NCBI RefSeq assembly: GCF_036321535.1
Contig: NC_087437.1
Span: 52,888,001 to 52,952,000, forward strand
DNA from: Camelus dromedarius
Lineage: Eukaryota
DNA length: 64,000 nt
Reading direction: 5' to 3'
Each line of letters starts with the position of its first letter. Within the stretch, counting starts at the first letter, position 1. The notes under the pieces were generated by a model. It saw nothing but the letters and a program-made list of their open reading frames with translations. It was not told where the DNA came from and searched no databases. This document shows, in pieces, positions 37,973 through 48,510 of the stretch. A program made the position numbers and the translations under genes.

Positions 37973-40903
37973 GAAACTCAGACACTGCAGGCGCCTGCCT
38001 GCTCTGCATGCTCCCTAAGATTCAGATGGCCAAGACCCTGGCTGAAATCTGCAAGGGTGTGCAAGTCAGCTCCAAGTCAGGTAGGCAAGTGCCCTCTGGC
38101 AAAAGAAATCTATCTAGTTCAGCCCTGTTCAGAATCTGACTGTAGCTACCAGCTGAGAGAAACAGACCTCAGTGGTATTTCTCCTGCCCCCGGGGCAGGC
38201 TGGTTTGCATTAGAGGACAGCTCTCCATGATGGAAGCCAGCCTTTCCAGACTCTTTGCTTTTCCATTCATTGCCAATAGCTGTATCGGGAGCCACCTGGC
38301 TTCCTCCCAAAGGAGAGGGTCTCTGGAGACACTCACTACTAGATTCTCTGGCTGCAGAGGAGGGGGAGAGCTACCCATTATGAACAGTTTCACAGTTCCT
38401 TTCTCCAGCTTCACATCTGGCCTGAAAGGTTTATAATACCCTCCCCTGTATGCCCACAAGACATCAAAAGAGAAGAGTGGGGAGATCTAGGGTCGGAGGG
38501 CAAAATCTATTCCAAGGACAATGCAAAGTACAAGGCTAAAAACTGGCTGGGTTTCTTAAGATTCTTTCCAAACCTTCAATAATTACCCTGAGGGAGATCT
38601 GATGAATCCAGTGAGATGACCAGACTTGATCTCCAGGAAGAGCATGCTACTGGAAACCAAATCCAGGAGAGAAATTTTAGCTCATGGGTGTTTCCTCTTT
38701 TTCAGCACATAGTGGGCTGTTTTCAAATGTCTTACGTTAACCTCTTCTCATTGCCCGCCCTCCCCCGCCCCCACACCCCCAGTCAGTGAACTCAGGGAAG
38801 CACTACTCTGAATCCTAAGCACAGCCCCCCACCCCCCCATTCAGTGCCTTGGCTGCTCTGCAGATCAGTCCCAAACTCCTGGCCTTTTAAGAGCTAGATC
38901 TTATCCCGCTCCCCAGAATCTTGCACCCTTAGTTGCAACTTTCATCTAGATGTTTCCTCCTGCTAGGCAGGGAGCCTCCTTTATTCACTAGGCATAGTCT
39001 CTGGTCTCTTTAAGAGGGAGCTCTTCTCAGCTTTAACATCTAAGTTGCTAGTCCATTGTCATTTACCTGCCAAGCTCAAAGGTGTACTTACCTTATGGTT
39101 ACACACACACACACCCCCAATCCACAGACACACTAGGGGCTGTGTGTCTCTCCTTTATTTTAAGCTGAGTCTCTTAGGGATGGGACAATGATAGAAACTG
39201 ACGACCAAAGCCTCTGTGAAATGAGCTTGATGAGTTCACAAAATGAATTTTTAAAAAAGAAACCTAATCCAGTACTGGCATCAGCACGCCTGGCGCTTGG
39301 CCAAGAGCTGGGAGCTGCAACATGACAAGACTCCGAGCTCCTTGGATTCCAACTGGAGAAGCACTGTGTGCCAGGGCACAGATGGGGCCCAAGCTGCCTC
39401 AAGGGCAGCCATGCACCGAGAGGGGCTGTCAGCCTCTGAGCCTGGATGCACGTTATCACCATTAAAGCCCCAGAAACGTGTGGTGGGAACAGTCTCTGGG
39501 TGGAGAATTACACCCCTCTACCCTACCCCACTAGCGGTAATGTTTTCTCTGGGTCTGAAATTAAAACAGTGATACTACTAGATGGTTGAAATGGCAGACA
39601 GCACAAATGCTCAGCTTTATCAAACTACCCATGTCTTAACCTTATAAAACTGAAGAATGCTGAAAAACAGGCCATAGACTGTAATTTCTTGATTGATGTT
39701 AGGATTTTGTTACCTCTGGAATCTACAAAAGTGATCTGCCCAGCAGAGACAGATGTAATTCCCCATCCCAAGTCTTTCTTGCCAAACACAGAGGACTAGA
39801 AAGGTTACTGGGTTTTATCAGAGAACTAAGAGCAGAGAGACAGAAAAGACAAAGAGAAAAATCTATTGTTTTTAATAAGCCTAATAATTAAAGTTAGATG
39901 AAAACAGATTTTGTGCAGACATGTGGCTCTGTTAGATAAAAGGGAACGCTAGGTCTTGGGTCCTTAGGAGTCCTGCGTCTAGGGATCGTGGAGGCTATCA
40001 AAACAGGAAGGATCTCAAATCATTTTACCCTCTCTCAGTGGTAAGGGAGTGGGCTAGCTAACAGACGTTGGAGGTTGTTTGACTTCAAGTTTTATAAGCC
40101 TTTGTTTTCCTCCTCTTGCTTTAGCACTCATTTCTTCTCCCTGCTTTCAGAGCTACCAGCTCTGGGAAAGGGTAAACGGATAGCCTTGATTCCCTCAAGC
40201 CTCTTATTTGTAAAGTGCCTACTATTCTTTCTTACCTTCCATAACAAAAAAGACCTTAGGATGCTCTCTTCATATAGAAATGGCCCAAGAACACAGAGCA
40301 AGTAAATGTAGAATTTTGTTACATCATGTCTGGGTCCAATTAATGTGCCCTCTCCCAAAGGCAGGCATTTCCTCACCATATCAAAACCTCCTATGCAGTT
40401 AAAAAAAAATCCAGATGAATAATCTCATATTGATGGATTAAGATCAATGTATTTTAGACTCAAAGGCTGTCATAACAGTTAATTCTATTTCCCCAGCCAT
40501 CTATTGCAATGTATTTATGAAAAGTCGATTTTATCAGTTAATTAGCCAGTCCTTAGGAAATTACCCGTACTTCCTCTAGTCGGTCCGTTCTTTTTGAAAC
40601 ACAGATCTAAAAAATACTTCAAGGGAAAAATAAGGTCATTTGAGTTTTAAAACAATTCTTTGAATTATATTTGGTATGGAGACCATGGTTTTAAAATGAG
40701 ATTTTACCATGCTTTCTCCCCAGCATAAAATATTTGAATTATTCAAAATGCTGACAGGTAAAATATTCACAACATCTCAATTGAAACAAATGAGATTTTA
40801 AAAAAATCAGAACTGGAATCTGTATTTTAAAAAACCTATTTATATATGCTAAAATCTAGTAGTACCCTAAGGTGTTCAGTTAGTTCAGAAAAATGAATGT
40901 AGA

Positions 40904-41026
40904 AGGGAGGGTATTGCTCAGTGACAGAGTGCATGCTTAGCATGCACAGGATCCTGGGTTCAATCCCCAGTACCAGCATTAAAACAAATAAAAACCTAAT
41001 CCCCCCCAAAATTAAAAAAAGAAAAA
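40904..41026 (+). mobile_element. vic-1-like SINE with perfect 17-bp TSD
   Basis: AGAAAAATGAATGTAGA at 40887-40903 and 41027-41043; A-rich tail. Confidence 0.92.
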
Positions 41027-44000
41027 AGAAAAATGAATGTAGACTCACCCACTCCTACCCTAAATCTGAGCACCTTGAGTTCCACTCTTATTCATGGTTT
41101 GATTTGCAGCTAATTCTGTGAAAATGTGTAGTAAAAATGCGTACACATCTATCTCCTGACCCAGATTCCCTGGTTTGGTAGCTCTATGTGTTAATACACA
41201 TATTCAGCTGCATACATATTTATATAGCTATACACACATACACACATTTATAACATACAGGATATATATTCAGTTTTATCTGTACACACACTTCTAGGAA
41301 ACATGTCAGTTTTATAATTCATCTGTCTTATAATTTCTCTCTTACTTCCAAATCCTACATGAAAACACTCAAAGCACTGAAATGTTGAATAGGTTTCTCA
41401 GGGTCACAGAATGAAGAGAACTGAGGTGTTAGACTGGGCAGCTCTCCAAGGCCTTCCTGAGGGCCATCTCCAGGTTTCTGAAATAATAAGAGAGCCCTGA
41501 CAGTGACCTCCGGCTTGCAGCTTTGTGAGAGCTTCTTTAAGGATATGATTTTATATATTTCCCCCCCTCATTTCACTTAATCCCTCCCACTTGCCCCCAA
41601 ACACTAGTCAGTCTCTCCAGCTATCTTATCCTCTTAGTAAAATGAAAGGGCTGGGCAAGACCATCTCCACAAGAACTTCCAGCTCAAACATCTGGAATCT
41701 TCAGGGTTATGTCTCAGGATCAAGGGACAGTGGGTGGCACTGGCAGAACACCTATGTCTACAGGCTGTACTTTCTAGTCCCTTGAATGTGACCTTCAAGA
41801 GTTTCCAGGTGGAGGATACTTCACAAATACAGACCTTAGTAACATAAGGTCAATCTACACAGATAGAAAGTAAGCTGGGCATTTTTATAAGATTTAGAAC
41901 AACGATTTCAAATTACACTTCTGGATGGATGCTGATGGGTAGGAACACAAATCTGGAAAGTTTACAAAATCGAATCTCTTTAGAAGTTGAGCTTATAGCG
42001 TTTACCTACACCCACCACCCCAACACACACAAAAAGGTAAGCCATAATCTTCAAACCTGACATTCTAAAATAAAAAGTTATCCATGTTACTTGGTATTTC
42101 TTTCTCTCTCACACACATCCACAAAAACTCTCACATTCAAGATGGAAAATTCATCAACTCATCAGCGACAGGGAAGGCAGACTACTACTGGTGGCAGGCC
42201 ACAGAAGAGTATTTGTTACAAATGTTTCTGCTACCCTAGGGAAGAGGTTTGCTTTACCCGGCAAGACACGTTTGATTTACACTTCATTGATTGAGTTAAT
42301 AAAGCCAATTCCTAAGATTTCATTAAATTTGAATGAGTTTTTCCCCATCTCCCGGAACCATCATGGGCTCTTTCAGAAGGTCACTAGAGTGGAAGCTGAT
42401 CTGCAACACAAGGTTGTATGACCCGCACACAGAGAAGAGTCTGCCCAGCCCTGGGCCCTGCCAGCACCCAGAAGTCTATACTGCTGGCCTCAAATGCAGG
42501 CAAACCAGGCACACAGAACAGCAAGGATAAAAGGCTCAAGGACACACCTCCCACACTTATGTTCCTGCCTAACCTCAGTTTGAATTATCCTTCTTGAAGC
42601 TTCATCCCCAGAAATAGGAGTCAGAGAGGGAGAAAGAATTATTAAAAGACTTTCTGGGGCCACTCAACCATCTGCTTTATCCTCAAAAGACAGAAAAGCT
42701 CAATCCTAAGAAGTTAAAGCAAAAAGCAAACAAAGTGAAAAAGACATCACACTTGGTAAGCAGAAGCATCTCCCAAAGCAGTGCCATTGTAGGTATGGCA
42801 CTTTAATTAAAGAACTTAGCACATTCTATTCGCTGAGCAGGAATTATTTCTAAGGAGCCAAAACACATTTATTGATTCCTTCACTTTAGCTTCTTCCTGC
42901 AGATAAATATCTCTCCAAATATAAATCCTGTTTGCTGACATCGTTCTAAGGCACATACCTTTGCTTCAGCACATGAAATCAATTTGGATGCAGTCATCTC
43001 ACCTCCCTTTTAACTCTTTTGGGTTACAGAGAAACAAACAAAAGTGTCATAAAAGCATTTCAAAGGACCTCTGCCAAGAAAGCCACCTCCCAAACAGACT
43101 GCAGCTTATGCTGCTCTGAGCAAGCACTGGAAAGGCTGGGCCAAATTGTCAACACAGAACAAAGTAGGATTACAAACTCTGCCTTTTATCTTGCATGTGT
43201 GTGCGCACACATACACACAGAATCTGGGTTATCTTTATTTAGCCTTTCAGTGGCAAGCCTCCCAATCACTTGGAAGCAATCAAAGGGCAACAATTAACAT
43301 GCATTTACTTTCCTACAGAAAACATCCTTTGCAAGCTGTGACAAAGCTAAGGTAACCACACATCTGTGGGTTACAGTTTGTTCCCTTTTAAAGCGTCATT
43401 CTTTTGCAGCTTAAATCATTAATGTTTGGCTGGTACCGCTGGTCTTTCATTTATTGATTTAGAACACCCAGCTTTTACCCAGACCCAAAGATACCCTCTC
43501 TCCCAGTGGCATTTTTACATACACACACAAGATAAAACAAAGCTGGGAAGAATTTGTTGGTGCAAAATGAGAAACTGAATCCTTGCCTGGCTCAGGTGCT
43601 TGCTATTATAAACTATGACTAAGAGACATGAATTTTTCTATGATGCAACTCTCAAGAGAGGCAGCATTTTCTCCAGGCCTCTCTTAAACCTGCTCACTCG
43701 CCGGTGACTAATGCTCTCTAGAGCTGCCCTGTGCTGCTCAAATTTCATCAGCCAGCTTTGTCCTTGATAGCTCTGCCTGGACCACAAAAGCTCCCAGACC
43801 TGTTGAGGACAGCCCCAAAAGATTAGTGCAAAGCTAACCCTCGCCAACACTGAGAGCCATCTTTTGAGCTCCCACTGCATATGTTATTTCAGGGATATGA
43901 CCATTTTAAGGAAAAGTTTTTACTCTTCTCTGAACAATAAAGTCCTGACAACTACATGAAAAATAAGTATAAATCAGATCACGTTGTGACCACTTTTTGT

Positions 44001-44526
44001 CAACTTAGAAGTAGAAACAAAACTGACAACATGTTGGGTGAAGCCACAATTAACTGGAATCTTCCATTAACTACTTTCTGCACCTTTAAAAGAAAAAAAA
44101 GTCAGGCTCATGGTTCACATCAAGGACTTAACTTATAAAAGAAACCAAAAAAAAAAAAAACACCAAAAAACCACACACTGGAAAGATAATGTCTGTTTAT
44201 AAGATGTTGGACCAAGCATCCATTAATTTCAATTGATAATTTTGAGCTTGAAGTCTTGCAACCTTCTTAGGCAAAAAGAAATTTAGGATGAAATGATGTT
44301 TAGGTAAATCTTACCCACAATAGAATAAAAGCACTTTAGAAATAATTTTAATAAGGAATGAAACAAAAGTTTATGGAGGGGATAACTTAGAATTATTAAA
44401 AGATACCAAACACATTCCACTGTCCAAATATGGGGGCTGCAGCTGAAAAGAGTATTCTAGACACAGATGATCCAAGACCAAACAATTTCAGAACACATGT
44501 GCCACCACCACCAGAAAGGTACTTAC

Positions 44527-44577
44527 AGTTATCAGACTGAAAATCTGGGACAAACTGTTCATCATCAGGAACTTGTG
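44527..44577 (-). CDS. ETV5: ETV5 exon 5 (AQVPDDEQFVPDFQSDN; COP1-binding VP degrons), 51 nt
   Basis: Acceptor TTCCAG|CACAA, donor AACT|GTAAGT. Confidence 0.96.
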
Positions 44578-44671
44578 CTGGAAAAAGAGATTTTTATTTT
44601 AGACCTTTAAGTTTTATTTAAAAGCACAATAAAATGTTTTATGTGGAAAACAGGACAGCCAAGAAACTTGC

Positions 44672-44719
44672 CTTCAGCTAACCAAGCCTCTTGAAGTTGA
44701 CTGAGATCCTGAAACAACT
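44672..44719 (-). CDS. ETV5: ETV5 exon 4 (ELFQDLSQLQEAWLAE, acidic activation helix), 48 nt
   Basis: Acceptor TTCCAG|AGTTG; non-canonical donor GAAG|GCAAGT; peptide is the PEA3-family acidic domain. Confidence 0.95.
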
Positions 44720-44860
44720 CTGGAATTGAAAACAGAGGACACCAGAATGAGAAGAACTTCTCTGCTAGGGAGAAGAGGGAAGGGCCGGCTATGGGCTACC
44801 TGCCACTTCCGCTGGGAGCCGTTTGAGCAAGCTACAACACCCAGGGGAGAGCATCTCTAC

Positions 44861-44948
44861 CTTCAGAATCGTGAGCCAGATCTGTGTCCAAAAACTTCCT
44901 CTTTCTGTCAATCACAGGCCGCCCTCTACACTCCTCTGATCGAGATTT
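44861..44948 (-). CDS. ETV5: ETV5 exon 3 (KSRSEECRGRPVIDRKRKFLDTDLAHDSE), 88 nt
   Basis: Acceptor TTTCAG|AAATCT, donor GAAG|GTAGAG; frame continuous with exon 2. Confidence 0.96.
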
Positions 44949-45084
44949 CTGAAAGAGGCCAACAAACAGTGAGGACTCAAGTGTAATAAAGGGGTCCAAA
45001 GTGGGTTGTGCCACTAACCCAATAACGAGAAGACTCACATTCGAAGAGGGAGGACAAAACAAACCAAAAGCCACATAAACTTAC

Positions 45085-45129
45085 CCCTGGGACCATAAAA
45101 GGGACTTGTTGATCATAAAACCCATCCAT
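45085..45129 (-). CDS. ETV5: ETV5 exon 2 coding part (MDGFYDQQVPFMVPG); whole exon 45085-45203
   Basis: Strong Kozak GCACCATGG with ATG at 45129-45127; donor GGG|GTAAGT; acceptor TTACAG|GAGGAC at 45204/45203. Confidence 0.96.
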
Positions 45130-47136
45130 GGTGCTTCCAACGTCTCTAATGTCACTTTGAAAGGTCTCAGCATTGAGTAATTTCTGGGGGGAAAGGGGTC
45201 CTCCTGTAATTTGAATTTGGGAGATTTTAACTGAGAGGGGGGAAAAAAGAGAAATGAAATAATTTTATATTGCTCTTTCTCTAGGGCCTGTGCAAAAATC
45301 ACTACCTTTCTCTGAGGTACTTAAAGCCCACTCAAGGTGTAAGCTTTATAGACTTAATGCTGGGCTTGATTAAGGGCATCAAAGGTTCATGGTGTACTTA
45401 GTGCCAAATCCATTTACCTAGTCATTCTTTTAATCTTTCTTTTATTTAATCATTAAAATTACAGGTTTACTACTATTTGTCCCCTATCCAAAAAAAAAAA
45501 AAAAAAAAAGCGCCGTTTTCACTATGAAAGGGCAATTTCTCTCCAAGATTCTCTCCATAAGAAGATTCCCCAGGGCATTTGTTAGGGTTAGTTTTTCAGT
45601 TTGTTTTTTGACATAATTTGACAGTACAGTGACAGGAAGTAGAGAAACTGGGTTTAAGCATTCCAAATTATTTGCAAGTAAGAATCTGACATACATAGTG
45701 TTTCTAAAAGTATTTTATAGGTCAATGGTAAAAGCACTATATATAGTTCCAGGAACACATCTATCAGATCAGAGGTATACTTATCTTCATACACAACTCT
45801 TCATTAAAATCTAAACCTTTTGTCCAAACAGGTGTAGTGTCTGTAATGTTACAGATATCTCCACGGCAACTACAGATATATATAGAGACAGATATCTGTG
45901 ACATCTCCAACTTCTAAAAGAATAAAACAGCTAGGAAAGTAACACACATAGTTCACTAAATTCCACTGCACGTATTTTTAAATGCACCTCTACCACAGAT
46001 CTTTAAAAAGCATTAAAAGCAAAACATTCATGGAAAGAGAATGTTTCTTATAGTGAAGTCAGTTTTCCCCAAACATGACAAAATAAAATTAAACTTGTTT
46101 CAGCACTGTTAAGCGTTGGGGCAGGGACAGAGGTTGGGGATCAAAATGGAGAGGAGGGAACTTTTTCTAATTTGGGAGGAATAAAGTAACAATTTTAGGA
46201 ACGTGCCATCTTCCTTAGCACTGTTTTATTCAAATAAAAATGCAGTTGAGCCAACAAAATGGGGGAAACATTCATTTCTCTCACCCCAGCTCTAAGCAAT
46301 GCAAAACACTTAAGGATAAATCTTTTGTTTAACTTGTACACAAATTTTACATAAGAAACCTTTTTCTCAGTGGGCAATTCCATCCAATTTGTTTTTCACA
46401 CTGTGTGAAGCATATCAAATTTTTCTAAGTTAGCAGGATGCAAGGAAACCCTTCACTGCCAGCCTTCTCTCAGCACTTTGGTCCAAGTAATAAGTTATTT
46501 TCAAAGTCAAAGAAAAAGAGAGAGGAGCAAAACTGCCCACAATTCATAACTTCCTTGAAAAACACCCGGGCTAGCCTGCCTGCGTGCCTTCCAAACAGCG
46601 CTAAAACATTCAGAAAAACGCTTCTTTCTCAAATGTCACCAACCCATAAACAAAACCTGAGTATCATCTGCAGTGGGTTGGGGGGACATGAAAATGAGTT
46701 CTCTGTAGCCTTCAGAAATCTGTCAGATTAAATAAACCGTGGCCTCAGAAATTTTGTAAATATCTATTTGGAGGGAGAACGGGTAGGAGATCGGAGAAGG
46801 AGATACTTTCACAGTCTCACGATGAAATACGCTGCAAAAATACTTCACCGTGAAGAGCAAAAATATCTTTTAAAAAATTAAATGGAAGAAAGAAGCTGCC
46901 AGAAGTGAATCGAAAAGAGGCATCGAGGGTCTTTAAAGCAGCCTTCAAAATCTCAAGGGCTAGAAAAATCGTGTTCAAAGTACAATTTTTTTTTAAGCCT
47001 TAAGGGAAGGCTCGAGTTCATCTAGGAGTTTAAACCACTTCCTTTGTGGCCCCCCCCCCCGGTGCCCCCAGGAAAACTTTAACACGGCGCAGCGGTGAGA
47101 TCGAGGCCCCTCCCCCGCAGCGCGCAGCGGGCCCGG

Positions 47137-47458
47137 TTTTATGAATGGGAGAGCGAAACGCGGCCGCCACATCAGGTAAAGGCTGTAACTGGATCCCTCG
47201 CACTGGGCCCCATTCACAAAACAAGACACACTTCCACCCAATTCCCAGCCTTCTCCATTCATGAAAACTCCTTCAGATGCGCCCCCGCCCCCACTCCCAA
47301 CGCACGCCCAGCCTCCGACGCAGGCCCCTCACCCCAGCGTTTTAGGAAGAAAGCTCAATGCTTCATTCACAAAAAAGGAAAGAAAAAAAAAGCCGCAGGG
47401 AGCAGCGAGCCAACGAAAGAAACCCGCTTCATTCATAAAATCACCCACATTCATAAAA
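47137..47458. promoter_or_regulatory. Capicua (CIC)-type site cluster in intron 1
   Basis: Six TGAATG cores, three of them perfect T(G/C)AATG(A/G)A octamers (47254, 47362, 47428). ETV5 is an established CIC target. Confidence 0.75.
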
Positions 47459-48361
47459 CGAGCTGAGGCGCCGGGCTCTACCAATCGCCTCCAATCCACC
47501 TCCCCTCGCCCCAAACAGAAAAACCTTCCAAACATCTCTCTCTGGCACTCCTCGATCAGGAGTTCGGTTCCCCCCAGAGGTCCCCCTCCCCTTTGAAAAT
47601 GCGGTCAGATCCCTAATCTAGTGCGAGGTCTCGGCATCTCTTCATCTCCCCACCGCACCCGTTTTTCCCTCTTCCACCATCCCCAAGCCGCTGTTCTGAT
47701 GCTCCCCGATTTCTCCAGAATCGCCGTGCAGGCTGACACCCTCAGTTGCTGGGGGTGGGAGTTGGGGGATTGGGTGTCCACTTTCCACAACCTGAAACTT
47801 GCAAGGCCTGCATAAGTTCCTGGCCGACCCCCAACCCCGCAGGCTACACATGCCTATGTCACTTAACCCCTTCTGGTGCAAGGGTGGGGGTGGGGTGGGG
47901 GTACATCACCTCTCAAACACTCTCCCTAAGCTGCTTTCCACCCACTCCTTGCCACTGCAAAGCTCTACCGAGTGCCTTTTCTCGCGAGCCTCCAAGTCCC
48001 CTCGAGGCTCTCAGATCTTCAGAGACTGTAAAGCCCGCAACTCGGCGCCCCTCAGTCCCCACCCGGGAGCCCCCGCACCTCGCGCTACCGCGCGCCTCCC
48101 CCGCGACGTGCTGAAACCCGCTCTCCGCGCGCTCCGGAACCGTTAGTCGCCCCCGCTTGACGCCTCCCAGGAACCAAACCGGACCCGGCCGCGGGAGGAG
48201 GGGGCGTTCAGTCCCGGGGGATGAAGGCTCGGCCCAGATAGAAATTCCATCCCGACTTTGAGGATTCTGAATCAGCCAGTGAACTCTCGCCGGCTGGGCC
48301 CTTCCTGGACACCCCTCCGACACCCCCTCCCCCCGCCCCGGTCCCCTCGACGCCCCCTCAC

Positions 48362-48510
48362 CTGAGGCGGCGGTTCTCCACCCCTTGCAGCGGCCCCGGG
48401 GCGCAGGCGCGCTCACGCACGCGCGCACCGGGCCTGGGCGCCTAGGCGAATGGCTGCGCCGAACCACTCGGGGTACGCTGAACCGCTCCGCGCACCAGCG
48501 GCTGGACTCT
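48362..48510 (-). other. ETV5: ETV5 exon 1 (non-coding 5' UTR); 5' end approximate
   Basis: Donor CCTCAG|GTGAG at 48362/48361 inside the CpG island. GAGTCCAGCCGCTGGTGCGCGGAGCGG resembles the human ETV5 mRNA 5' end as I recall it; the TSS is inferred. Confidence 0.8.

Larger units (their letters stand above)
3568..48510 (-). other. ETV5: ETV5 gene body (exon 1 to exon 11; the gene continues left of position 1)
   Basis: Ten coding exons with valid splice sites join to 1206 nt (402 codons), MDGFYDQQVPFMVPG...[41 protein letters not shown], which I recognise as ETV5/ERM. Confidence 0.98.
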
